DNA of 61,548 nt, filler included, from Choristocarpus tenellus KU-1152 (taxonomy: Eukaryota > Protista > Phaeophyceae), in the NCBI GenBank assembly GCA_964200185.2. It is 9 parts of 9 records of this genome, joined end to end, with 100 filler letters (N's around TTAATTAATTAA, not from the genome) between each part and the next. Parts side by side here need not be neighbours in the genome. Positions count along the whole stretch, not along the records: positions 40,667 to 58,581 come from CAXNAD020000608.1; positions 58,682 to 61,548 come from CAXNAD020024086.1; 7 more parts are not named here. The stretch is one strand, 5' to 3'. Below, piece by piece: positions 49,501-61,548 of this stretch. Made by a program: the position numbers and the translations under genes. A model generated the notes under the pieces. The model worked only from the letters and a program-made list of their open reading frames with translations, was not told the DNA's origin and did no database searches. Each line of letters starts with the position of its first letter. Position 1 is the first letter of the stretch.

Positions 49501-51618
49501 TGTATATGTCTGCCAGGATCATTCAGCAGCAGAAACCTACTTAGCATGCCTTAGTGAGAAAGGGAGGGACAAGTGCACATGAGAAATAGCATTTTTTTTT
49601 CAATATAGAATTGTCCTGCTTGAGGAATTGAATGAACATGCCATATTTTTTCGTGTGATATCCCCCACCGTCTACTACAAATTTAGTTTACATAACAATA
49701 TGTAACATACATCAGGTGGTTGGCCCTCCCTCCTTGGGAATAGGACCAGAATTAGGGAAACAGGTAAGAACATTGGCTTTGAAGCATAATTTTTTCTATT
49801 TTATAGTGAATATACATGTATATATACATCATCTCAAGTGCAGTAGTGGACCCCTACACATGAAGGAGAAATCAACCCAATGCAACAGATTCGATGGGCA
49901 ATGAGCGGAATGCATCAGAGTTTGTCGACACATCATATCTTTCTCTCACCTTCAGCCAGTACAAATGTTTTTGTCTGTGATGGTGCTGCTAACCTACTCT
50001 ACCCGAGTCAAAGTAAGCGAGAGGTACCCAGTTTTTGACCGTCTTGCATTATAGCTCGGCTTATCAATCTTTGGAATTCACCCATATTTAAACGGATGAA
50101 GCAGGAAGTTTGACTTGAGGGTGTATATTTCTCTATTGTTTGAAAATGTTCCGACACGATTCAGAAGATATCATAACGCACATTGTTTCAACATCTTCGA
50201 CATAATTCGGAAAATATATACAGTACACATTTCCAAAAAAAAAAATGCCGAACTCACCGCACGTCCTGGCAACACCCTTACACGCAACTCTGGGTAACTC
50301 TCGATTACATTTACTCTCCCTACTATTTGAAGTAATACCAATGACCACCACTACCATCGTCTCTCTCTTGATTTCTCTCTCTCTCAAACCCACATCCCAG
50401 GTGGAGTGAGTATACACTGTACCGAACAGCTCTAGATCATTTCGAGCTGTTTGACACCCTTCACGAGGTGGGACCAACAAAGTTGCTGGGGGATTCTGTG
50501 TGGTATGCAGAAGAGTTTCCCTCCTGGGATGCAGCTTCTGCTTTCGAGGGTGGGTGGCTTGACACACTTTGAAACCTGACCCTACCCTTGTTCTATTTCC
50601 GGTTGAATTGCTCAAACGTACCTGCTGCCCCACCACCCATCATCGAACAAGCCCATCAGGGCAAGTGCTGCACTTTGTATATTGTACCCACCAAAGACGT
50701 TGCCATATATATATATATATTATATGTTGGAGCCAAATCAATGAAGAGGTAGGCCGGTTTGAACCCTTTTGCATCCTAAGTCGCCTTTCTTACCCTGTGC
50801 AATACACTCTATTTCATTGCTTTATCTGCACAATAATGTACACAAAATCGATATTTCCCCCCTTCCCACACACAAAGTGACACCATAATTGAGCAAAGGC
50901 TCTTCCCGCAATTGTACAAAACGGCAACATTTTGCCCTTTCTTGAGAACCTTGAAATGCCAACCTGCCTACCTTTCAGTTGGCTTGATTCTTGGGTCTGA
51001 GGATCTAGTGGTCTTTTTAATTCAACGTTTTTATTTATCTCGCCAATAATAGTGATACTGGAGGATACTCCAGCGAGTGTTGATTGCTAGGAAATGGGTT
51101 AGAAAAAAAGCATGTAAACCATTGTTGGGTTGAAGAGATACGACGCAAATAAAAAGGTTGTTAATGCTCAACTTTCTATCTGCCATTTATTGGTTAGCTT
51201 CAGCCAGAGCTTAAATACTCTTATCTACTTGTAAAGGTAGTGTTCCTATTAACAGTTTGTAAAAGAAATACTAAGCCATCTCTTACCTTGATTTTCAAAC
51301 TACTTCGGAGCATTACTTCTGCATTGGCGATGGCACTCATTACCCGCTCCCTTTCACCCTCTACGCTGCTGTATCCTCTCTCCATTTGAACACCAAAACA
51401 CACTCCACTTTTCCTCTGAATTCGGTTAACAAAAAACAGATCCATCAAGCGCCTTTTCAGTTGTCCAGTCAACCACCGGAGTACCAGCTTCAGCTATCAT
51501 GACAATCCTATCTGACCTGGGAGTATTCCAAGAAGGCAACGAACTCAACAATAGAAGTCACACCAAGACAAAAATAGTAGTGGATGCTGGAGGTGCATTG
51601 ACAGGGATGGCTACATAA
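46600..51618 (+). CDS. Secretory-pathway GT-A-fold glycosyltransferase-like protein (DUF6492-like); exons 46600-46853, 47024-47722, 47916-48131, 50401-50549, 51440-51618
   Basis: All five exons are phase-compatible and there is an N-terminal hydrophobic segment. Motifs: DIERALILLSTL, FVVVPD, VIAESVV, GYAIQMAIKLYAASLMSTEFYLTLDADV (DxD), HPAWWKSS, FGVTPAILS, WSEYTLY, SVW and FSVVQSTTG. Confidence 0.75.
48990..49230 (+). mobile_element. Degenerate MITE family A copy in intron 3 of the GT-like gene
   Basis: Internal sequence tccaatgttgtgatt...tgtttgttaggaagtgtcaatatc...ggacaaacagggcaaa matches 9174-9431. Confidence 0.65.
50730..50990 (+). mobile_element. MITE family C (about 260 bp; TIR approx. 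GAGCCAAACCAATTGAGAGGTAGGCAGG)
   Basis: gagccaaatcaatgaagaggtaggccggtt ... aacctgcctacctttcagttggcttgattc with TSD TTG/TTG; homologous to 61100-61533. Confidence 0.8.
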
Positions 51619-52598
51619 CCTACCTGCTTTCACTATGTTTTTATTACTTTTTCCTGGTGCTGTGCCCATAGCCCCTTTGTGCTAAACCACAGCAACACAC
51701 GTCTCGCTGTGGTTGTCGGAATAAATTTTTTAAAAGATTATTTCGGAGTACGAGCAACATAAATATTACCCGAAAGTATACCTTCCAAGATCTCCACATA
51801 TTCGTAAATTTTTTTGCAGTATGTGAACTCTTCTTCCGTACGTTTTTGTGTTCCGACTCTCCCTCCAACTACACTGCCCTTTGACCACGATCTCACAGTC
51901 CCTCTTACCGATATGAAGGAAGAAAACACAAACATTTCTGCACCTCAAACGACATTATGACATTTAAAAAAGAATATACGCGCATTATTCGTGCGCAAGC
52001 ACACCATTCTTCAGGAGGTCAAGACTTCCGCCGAGATGTGCGTTGGTAGAGATGGCCAATTTGCAAAAAACAGGACACGCACGTTTTAACCACATTTTTT
52101 TGACAAAAAATATGATCGGGGACATTGAAGCATTTGAAGGGGGTGGGCTGCACCTATTATTGTAGTGGTTGAAGGGTGGGATGGAGTTTTCGTGCAACCA
52201 AAAAATATGCATTTCATATATTAAGAAAAAAAACTAGTTTTTACTTCTTGTGAGGCAATAATGTAACACTCCATTTGGGCATCCATCAGCACACTAATTA
52301 TATCTGTAACTCCTGAGCATCTAGCAGAAAATACATTTTTCTTCTAACTTGCATACCTGGGGAGAACCCTCTTCTGCCATCATCCTCTCCCCTTCAAGTT
52401 GTTGGCAGCGTCCATCCCCATTACCTTTCGACTGGAGTTACTACCAGCGTTCCAAGACCAGTTCATGGGTTCAAAAAGACTCAAGGCTCTTTCTGTAGTT
52501 GCAATCAAATTGCTTTATGATAGAACCACGGGCGATCACTTGAGCTTGAGATTTGAATGCTCAAAGCTGAAGTGCTTGAGTAAAATGATGTCAAGAAA

Positions 52599-52784
52599 GG
52601 CTCAAAGTATCTGGGGGTGGGGGTGGGGGGGGGGGGCTGTCCATTCAGGGCCCATTTTTCCGTGTCGCGATTTTTGGGTATTTGGTTGCACGCGATGGAT
52701 ATTGTAAGTTCACTTCTCCTGGTCAGGTCCAAAATGGACACCCTGGTGTAGACCACCACCCCCCACCCCCAGATTCTTTGAGCC
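52599..52784 (+). mobile_element. MITE family B full copy (about 186 bp; TIR GGCTCAAAGTATCTGGGG)
   Basis: ggctcaaagtatctgggggtgggg ... ccccaccccagattctttgagcc with TSD AAA/AAA. Confidence 0.85.
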
Positions 52785-54840
52785 AAAGAAGGGTACCACC
52801 GAACAATCTCAAAAACAGCCCTGTGTCTACGCATCACTCCCTCTCATTTGGATTGCCACAGCACTACTGCTCCTCTCCAAACGTGTTGGACACTAGAGAG
52901 TCCTCAAACAAACAAACACACACACACACACACAAACATATCACCCCCAAGTTGACTCGACTTCATCTCCTATGCAATGCTTGCAAATCAACAGGTAAAA
53001 GACCTTCATATAAAGGTCCATACACAGCGTGAAAAGAGGTGGACTCCACCATGCTCCTGCACATCAAATAGACTTGCATTCAATTAATTTACCCTGCACA
53101 AGATGTACAGTGAAGGGATGGGGACCATTTGTGACGAAACCCTCAATCTCCGTCTCTACTTTCAGTTGAAAGGGCACAGGACAACGGCAATACTAAAAAA
53201 TATACTATACTCAGATACAAGAAGTGACCGCAAAGCAAGGAAGCATGGTCGTGAATCCAAGACTTGAGACAACAAGAGCACCATGAGAAATCACTAGCAG
53301 TGCTCCCCCATACAAAGTTTTAAAAATAACACACTAGTTGAAAGGTTTTACACAACTATTCTGAATGTTCTTCAACTTCAACTATGATCTCAACAACCAG
53401 ACTCACCACTGAAACAAAAACAAAATAACACTTTCTCACATACCCATCACCAATCTAACTTCCACTTACCCCAACTATGGAGAAATAAAAAAATAGAATA
53501 TATAATGAAACAAACCGACACACGATGATGTGAAACTCCATAACCCTCCCATCATCAAGCCACTCCTTCCTTGCTTGATCTAGAACTCTCTATTCTCCTC
53601 ACCGTCAGATCCGGATTCATAAGCCACATCACCACAACACCAACCCAAGTATTTCACAGTACATGGTGACAGACACACGCCTACCACTATACAACCAAAA
53701 GAGTAGACCAATGCCTCTGGAAGTGGTATAATGGCACCTCAGTATCTTGACACACACACACGCAGCAGTATTTGCCACCTTGTTCCATCCCGTCACACCT
53801 GCACAGCATGACCCCCATGTACAAAAACAAAGTCCCCCCCCACCTCCCAAGGAAATAATGCAAAATAGGGTTCTTTCCCTCACTCACCACAGACGAATTC
53901 CCGACACAAACTCAACAAGACAATGATCTCTCAATCAATACTGTAACTCTACCAACAATTGAATTAGTATCCACCTAAACCACTTTCGATAGCTTTTGTC
54001 CAAGGTTCTTTCTGACCTGGTGCCTATTGGAGGAAAATATATGTATTTACATTTTAAAAAATCAACAGGGTGCTATCATAAGGCGTTTTCAGGTCGTTGC
54101 TTCACTCTAAAGTACCTATATCCCTCTCAACTTCACCCACACGTACTTGAAACCCTTCCATGGGATCACATCTGTCATCAGTCACTCATCTTGTCATTCT
54201 CCCTTCTCCACTGCCACTCTCCAACCCCCTTTCCTTCCTTTAACCGTAATGCCACCTCCTCTGCCTCAAAAAAAGACCATAAAAGGATGTTGGGCCCTGC
54301 ACGAACCATTGACCATCATGCATATCAATACATCTCCAAAAAGAAAGCTATCGCCCCACTCCAGCATAGCCCCTCCTTGAATAAAGAAAACACAAGTTTT
54401 GAGTTCTCATGCACCCCAGCCCACAGTACATCCAACCATCAAAACAAGGCAATCAACAGTCCCCGTGCCTACCACCTCCCCTCCTCCCACCCTGAACACT
54501 CCACCAACAGAGACATCTCAATTGAACAAACCTCCTCTGTCCACATCACACACATCAACAAACTTGATATTCCCAGTCAACGGTGAAGAGAGTCTCCAGA
54601 GCGCATAGGTAGAGTCCTGTAGCAATGAAAACACCCATACCTTGCCCCACAAAATTTCACATTGCACAACACATGCCCCCCTCCCGCAAATCCAGAGACC
54701 CCAATCCTATTGTATAAATATCAACTCCCACCTCCTCTTTCGCCTTCATCTTTCTAGCCACGGTGACGTATTGTTAGGCTGACCCCCCCCCTCCCTCCCT
54801 CCCTCCCTCTACTCCTTCACACCGCTACAAAGAGACTAGC

Positions 54841-57800
54841 CTAAATCAACAGGTTGGCAACATACAACTCCTGGGTTGGTTCCTCGCCATACACCAAGGC
54901 TGCATCAAGGGGAGACACTTTACCTTCCTGCTGAGATAAAAGTGCATCATTTGCCATCATCTGGACAAACCCAACCCACCCCAAAAATAAAAAATAAAAA
55001 AACAAAAAATGACAGGGGACAGACAACAGCATATATATTTGTGAGTCAACTATTATCATGGCATAAACATTTGTCAATAGTACTTGTCACGAGTTGCTTG
55101 TCTTCTGCCAATAGTAAACAAAACTGAGGAAACAAAACAAACGCAGGTGGTGGACAGATGGTACACAATTTGGCGTAGCAGTTTCACCAATAACAAAACC
55201 TGTACGTTATATTGGAACAATTTCGGGAGGATAACATCGCCCTCGCAACCGCCTCCAGTGCCTAAATCTTAGCGCAAATCTGGCTGAAACTCTAAGGTGG
55301 AAGATGTACAAGCGCAATACAAAAAGGTCTGCAGGCGGGGACATGCTCTAGGGAAAGATGGGGCTGGGGATTAACAAAGGTTGGCCGTTGTCTAGAGGGT
55401 ACAAAGGGTGAGCAATAAGATCATCCCAGCAATGCTGAGGACAAAAGGAGCAAGCAGGGGGGGGGGGGTAGATCGCCAAACACCAGGTGTCATACGTTGC
55501 AACTGATGCTGTAAGAGCAAACGCACACATACACACAGCATGAAAAACATATTTGCAACTGTGTAAACAAGTACTAACCACCAACCTGCATCATTGACTC
55601 CATGTCGATAGAGTTTTCTGACATCAGCGGTCCTCCTCCCTCTGTTGTAACGTTGACCACCTCAGCCCTTTCCCCCCCCCCCCCAATCACATTCGCCAAC
55701 CTCTGACTTCTGCTTGCTTCAGTAGACAGCACCTCCATTGGATGATGCTGTCTATCCCTTCCCACCCCTGCCATAGTGCTCAATCCATTCGCCTGTTGCA
55801 CCTCCGGGAGAAAGGTAAGCTCCGCCTCTGACTGCCTTAGAGCATCCCAAATGAAGTTCACATCCTCATCATCCCCACCCTCTTCAGTTCCTCTCACTCT
55901 GTCGCTAGCTACTCCCTTACCTACTTCCATCACTCTCCCCACACCACTGAAGTCCGCCCTCGCCCCAATCACTCTCCCCCCTGCCTCCACAGAAGCCATA
56001 TCCATCACTTGATTGTCCCCTGGTTATTGCATTTATGGGGTATTAGAGGAGTAGATGAGATCGTTGAATAAACACTCAACAGGCACCCAGACTACAGAGG
56101 TCAACTCCACAAATGCAGCCAACCATAATAACCACAACTCTACGTTGTACAACAGGTACATAGTCACAACACCGCCCCCCGCCCCCCGCCAACATTGAAC
56201 CCAGAAACAAAACACATGCCCACACACACAAAGTCTTCTAACCTTCTTCATTCTTGATGCCTACTGATGTGGGACAGGAGGGAGCAGTCTCCTTTGGAAG
56301 ATCAGATGAATTCTTACCCTGCCAAGAGCACAAACTCCTTTCATGAAGCCATTTAGACAGCTTGTAGCAGCTACCACCCTTCTGGCATATACACCCAGGA
56401 ACATACTCTTCAATGGGAGGCAACTCGGTGCCACTGAAAGTGCTACAAACACACAACATCCAGTCAGAACAGGACAAGTCAAGGTTATATGTCCAGAAGG
56501 CACAGACACAAGAGCGGGGGGTTGGAAGGTACTGAAGGTAAGAATTCTCATTCCCAGAGGCATTGTCCACTCCACAGGCACTCCCAATGAAAAAATGGAC
56601 GCAAGAATGAACACCAAAGACATACATCCCAGGTAATCGCTATCTGCAATGTACGACAAACATTTCCGCGTCTACTCTCAGCACTTGAAAACACCACTGC
56701 TAACAAACGTAAAGCTACAAAAAAAAAAAAGTGGAGGTTACTGCTGTGCCGGAGTTGGTTGGCACACCATGCACATTACAGTTACAAAAGCAAACCTATT
56801 TCGATACAAAACCTCCGCAACGTATCTACTGCAGCAACATATCCAAAATGTGGTGATAAAAACGTGCAGCACTAGGCTCGAGCGGGCACCTCGGCTCTTC
56901 TTGAAAATCATAATAAAATCAAAACGCCACCCACTTCTTGTTGTAAACCTCACGGAGTCGATTGTATGCATTGTTCCTCCCGTAGTGGGCCAGAACTGTA
57001 GCTCCAGAGTGCATAGCATGCCACCTGTAAGGTGTTTCATGGGTATCTATCCATTCAGGACATGAGCAATCAAAGCAAATGGAAAATACCATATGCAGCG
57101 GTTTGACTTGACGACTTTGTTCAACAACACAAGGGTAGGGAAAAAACATTTTTTTTTTAAATAAAGGAAGGCAAATCATGACAAAAAGCATAAAAAAAAG
57201 AGACTTTACATATTTATTTCGGGTCAAGCAGAAAATACTCACACGGTAAGTAAGTGTAAGGATCGATTCATGCAGGGGGAAGCAAACAAGTCAACGAAAA
57301 GTACGCTCACACTCATCTCTGCTCGCACCACGCCCCCTGAAACGCGAAAACATACTCCAGGACCGTCAGGGACAGACCAATTTGAGGTGTGCAGAGGGGC
57401 AAACAAACCAAACCAAGCAACTGTATCCGGCAGTATACGAGACAAATCCCTTCAATACCAAACACCAACCCCTATCTCAACCCTTCAATTCCTCCATACA
57501 GCTACTGAAATTAACGCTTGGTAATTTGGGGATGTGTAGAAATCGGAAGGAGGAGGGAGTCAGCACGTTGTCAAATCCCACATCATGACACACGCCTCAC
57601 CAAAGAGGGAAGGTCATGAGCCCCGGGCGGGTTAGTGCATATTCCAGACCGTTCTCAACCTGTTCCAGCCCAGGCACCTCGTCCCCATCCTTCTTGCCAC
57701 ACATTTTCGATACCATTGTCACTCCTCCCCAAACCTTCACAGTCACGATACCTGTGATGCACTCACTCAGGTTGGTTCGGTTAAACACAGAGTTGGCACC
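54841..57800 (-). CDS. Hypothetical protein, 5'-partial; exons 57800-57601, 57024-56935, 56442-56318 (or -56243), 56019-55586, 54960-54841
   Basis: Five GT-AG exons with matching phases (2,2,1,0): GANSVFNRTNLSECITG...GLMTFPLW|WHAMHSGATVLAHYGRNNAYNRLREVYNK|NTFSGTELPPIEEYVPGCICQKGGSCYKLSKWLHERSLCSWQ|G...low-complexity...|MMANDALL...VANLLI*. I recognise no family. Confidence 0.6.
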
Positions 57801-59143
57801 CTGAGTCGGTGAGCAGGGTGAAGGTAAGTCCGGGGGGGAGGGAGAGGGAGGGGAAGGGTCAAAATCCATCCATGCAAGGGAAGAGACAAATACGAGAAGG
57901 AATTACTACAGTTGTGGAGTGGGGTTATTTCTTCTCGGGGGGAGGGCAAAGAAGTGGCAACAACAGCAGGCTGGGCAAGGAGGAGAGACCAGGAAAGGTG
58001 TCAAAGCAACCGGAGAGAGTTAGGCTCCTGCAGTGCCTTACTGCAACTTCTTTCTGCCCTCAAACCCTTCTATCTTACAAAGGGAGAAACAGAGAAATAC
58101 ACACTGCAACCATACCCTTGCAGGTAGCAGCAGGGGGCTTTTTCTCAATGAATTGATGGCGTATTAGGGAGTAAAGTAAAGTATGTATGTCCCAATACAG
58201 ACAATGCACTCGTCTTGTTCTTACACAAATACATAAAGCACTCCACCCCAACACCACACACATCAATGCTCCTCATGTATCGTATTCAAAAAGTACCTAT
58301 CATTATATACATACATACATACATATATATATATATACACGCCTACTTGGACAAACAAAAAGCACCATCACTGGGGTCAAAGTATCTGGGGAGGGGTGGC
58401 GGCTGTCCATTTGGGACCAATTTTTTCATATTGCAATTTTTGGATGATTTGGTTCCATACATTGGATGGATAATGAAAGCACACTTTTCCTGGTTTTGGT
58501 CAAAATGGACACTCTGGTGTAGACCCCTGCCCCCCCCCCCCCCCATACTTTTGGGCCCCTGGGCGGGTGTAAATCCCCTCANNNNNNNNNNNNNNNNNNN
58601 NNNNNNNNNNNNNNNNNNNNNNNNNTTAATTAATTAANNNNNNNNNNNNNNNNNNNNNNNNNNNNNNNNNNNNNNNNNNNNATCCATCCGACACATGACA
58701 ACCAAAGCCCTCAAAAAGTGCGACATGGAAGAATGGGCCCCAAATGGACAGCAACCCCCCCTCCCCCCCCCCCTCCAGATACTTTGAGCCTGTGGCAAAT
58801 CTCTTGAATTGTAGTTTTGTTGGAGTGGTGGAGTCTGGCTGGCAGCACAAGTCCTTAGCTCTAACACACCACATTGTCGCACCATTAGTACTGTATGTAT
58901 AGAAATGACACTGACCAATGCCTTAAGTAATACAGTACTGAGTTGTAACCAATACCCGGCACCTAACACTGGCAGTGTATGTACTTTTTTTTTAGTAAGA
59001 CAACTACTTGTTAGATACGGCATGATGGAGGTTGACAGATGAACAGAATCACCGGTTGTTGAGTTGCATTTCTGGAGTCTGTTACCGCCACCGTCACCAC
59101 CATCCTAAATAATACAATCGATACATCGTCACCCTGCCAATAG

Positions 59144-59308
59144 GGGGATGATGGGGAGGGTCTGGAAGACGAAGATGTAGACCTCAACATGGCCATGGAG
59201 GGTGCTGATGAACGGGAAGAGAGACACGAGGGACTCGACGGTGACTCCGAACAGGGTTCTTTTATTGACTTTTCGGTTGAGGAAAAGTCGTCGTTGGAGG
59301 AGCTGTGA
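59144..59308 (+). CDS. Probable terminal exon encoding an acidic tail of an unidentified gene
   Basis: Acceptor ccctgccaatag, then GDDGEGLEDEDVDLNMAMEGADEREERHEGLDGDSEQGSFIDFSVEEKSSLEEL*. Upstream exons would lie beyond the contig start. Confidence 0.4.
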   Translation, partial: GDDGEGLEDEDVDLNMAMEGADEREERHEGLDGDSEQGSFIDFSVEEKSSLEEL

Positions 59309-59792
59309 CCTCTCTCCTTGCATGTTCTTGACTTAAGGTTAGGGTTAACACGGCCTTGGTTGAGCCGAAGGGGTTCTTACAGGGCAGAACGCACCTCGTC
59401 AATGTTTATAGTGCCGCATTGTTTTGACATTATTTTGGTGGTGTCTATTGTGTGATTCCTGTGCCTGCCCTCCTCCCCCATCCCCCTACTGCTGAGCCTC
59501 TGTCGATGGCACCGAAGTCAGGCAGGGGGGGCAGGGGGGGCAGGGGGTCAAGTTGTTAAGAGGATGTGGGAGGGGGGTCCGGGTTGTGGAGTATGCACGC
59601 CGTGAGGTTTGGTTACTTGGTTGTGGTATTGGCTATATTGGCTATTTGGCAAGAGAAGAAAGAGGAGTGGTCTGTCTGTTGCGATTGGTGATTGGTTGCT
59701 GCCATTAATTTCTTTGTCGCTCCTACCTTGAACATGATGTAGTGGGGTTGGAGTTTGATGGTGGGGAGGCAGTAATGTGTTGTGATGTGTGG

Positions 59793-59829
<37 letters not shown>

Positions 59830-61099
59830 GTGTGTGTTTGTCAGACTGCTTGATTGTAACTTCATGTGATTGATGGTGCATTTATTGTTGTGGATGAGAA
59901 GAGCACCGCTATTGGTTTGATTAGGGGAGTTGTGGACTTTGGTGTGAAGACCAGCGCATCTCGTAGCTCACAGTGACGACCATCCCCTTCTTGCTCTCCC
60001 CCCGTCTATGTTATGAGTCCATCGTGTCTATTAAAAGGTCCTGGAGGTGCATGGTCTGGTGATTCCTTTGTGTGCGCGTGTGTGTAAATGTTTGTTAATG
60101 CCTCTTTTTGTCCCAGCAGACCTTGAGGATGAGGACTGTAGCCCATCAGATTATCTGGCTGTTGTACCCTCCTTAGATCGTGCTAACATGAGGATTCCAA
60201 CAGAAGTGGAAAATTGCTTCAGGTCTCTCAGAACCCAACTACGTAACCCACCAAAAAATATGGTAGTACAAAAAATATGGTAGTATATTACTTCGATGTG
60301 TGCAATAATTGGCAAAGAACAAGAGCTGCTGTTGTGAGAGATTGTTTCAGTGTAGAGTTTGCACCCTGTTTCTGCGATGTGTCACCCTGATCTGGTGTTG
60401 GGAAAGGAGCTCTCTGAGTGTCCCCTGTACAGAAACAATGAACCTAACATTTACCTGTCATTAGAAGGTGGTGGGATTCGAACCTGGTTGTGCAACGTAC
60501 GTTTCGCAGTTCTCCAGTTTGTACTCAAATGTTTTTTGGGGGTTGAGTATAAACAGGAAAAGTGTGAAGAGCACTATAAGAACAAAGTAAAGATCGATGC
60601 TAGGGTTACCTGACAAACTTCTACTGCATTCATCCCGAAACATGCATCATTCAGGACGATACCAGGGCCAATTTGTTCTGTAACGTCTGTTACAACAGGA
60701 TAAGATTTGGGGGCCAGTTGCTCTGTAGCACTTGTTCTCCACATTGTGCCCAAAAGTCCATTATCTTCAACATCAGCATCTGTTGTCTAGCACTAGGCCT
60801 GTTCAAAAGTTCTGTTGTGAGGTCAATACCTGGTGCCGTTTGCTCTGCAACATTTTTCTTTTCTAGCAAATGCTATGGAGTCAACGTACACACATCTATT
60901 TTGTAATAAAACACATGTCTGTTCGGCACAAAACAATGTCCACGGCCGGTTCATCAATTATTACTCTTTTTTCACACATTCGTCTTGATCTTCTCAAACC
61001 CACCGTCAAAATTTGTTAACCAAGGGAAGTGAAAATGAAGTAATTCTGGCGAGAGAAAAAAATAAAGCAGGAGGGAACTTATATGTGTTGTACAAGATG

Positions 61100-61533
61100 G
61101 AAGCAAACCAATTGAGAGGTAGACAGGTTTGAACCCTTCTACATTCTAAGCCGTCTTTGTTACCCGGTGCAATACACTCTGCTTCATTGCTTTATGTGTA
61201 CAATAGTTGACGCGAAGTTGATATTCTCCCTTCTTTCCAAGTACTAAGTGACACCACAATTCACCAAAGGCTCTTTCTGAACCAAAAAAAAAAGAGAGGT
61301 AGGCAGGGTTGCACTTAAAGGATCGAGAATGAGGAAATATACGCTATTTTAGTGCAATTACAGAAAAAGTTGCTTAATTGTGGCATCACTTTGTGGAAAG
61401 GGGGAATATCAATGTGCATAGACTATAGTAGACATCAACAAATAAATGAAATAGATTGTATTGCACAGGGTAAAAAAGATGGCTTAAAATGCAAAAGGTC
61501 CAAAACCTGCCTTTCTTTCAATTGGTTTGGCTC
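61100..61533. mobile_element. Nested MITE family C: inverted copy 61279-61533 inserted into a copy starting at 61100
   Basis: 61100-61278 is colinear with 50730-50905. 61279-61533 is a reverse-complement copy with both TIRs, flanked by tct/tcg. Confidence 0.7.
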
Positions 61534-61548
61534 TCGGGAACTAACAGG

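Noticed and set aside
494-51618. Glycan/lipid biosynthetic gene cluster (ALG3, DGAT2, sulfotransferase, GT)
   Set aside because: The genes lie on different contigs joined artificially, so there is no evidence of linkage.
53996-54586. 196-aa ORF on the plus strand
   Set aside because: It is low-complexity, lacks an ATG start and recognisable motifs, and lies antisense to the probable 3' UTR of the orphan gene.
60464-60490. tRNA T-arm/B-box-like motif GGTTCGAATCCCACC on the minus strand
   Set aside because: I could not build an acceptor stem, D-arm or A-box upstream. At most it is a SINE or tRNA remnant.

Overview
This is eukaryotic nuclear DNA, not a prokaryotic locus. It has GT-AG spliceosomal introns of about 0.1-2.3 kb, scattered (TTAGGG)n motifs and many short repeats. 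Gene and element content suggests a photosynthetic stramenopile, probably of the brown-algal lineage (inference). The window joins nine contigs with identical 100-bp spacers (N44-TTAATTAATTAA-N44), so adjacency across spacers is uninformative, and most entries in the ORF track are spurious or are exon fragments. Manual splicing recovers complete genes for ALG3 (8 exons), a DGAT2/MOGAT acyltransferase (5 exons), V-ATPase subunit c'' (2 exons) and a DxD-motif glycosyltransferase-like protein (5 exons). It also recovers partial genes for RPLP1, DCAF7/WDR68, a Sulfotransfer_2-like C-terminus, an orphan protein and a metallo-beta-lactamase (MBL)-fold protein. The most interesting signal is the MBL-fold gene: it is intact and cleanly spliced, but its metal-ligand motifs are systematically substituted, making it a candidate pseudoenzyme. 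Other points of interest are three related MITE families with 3-bp non-TWA target-site duplications (TSDs), a decayed RLE-type (CRE-like) LINE whose copies keep a 3' hairpin, two tight head-to-head gene pairs, and an intronless frameshifted Tudor-like relic. I found no CRISPR array, rRNA, complete tRNA or multi-gene novel system. Family assignments come from recalled motifs, not from database searches.
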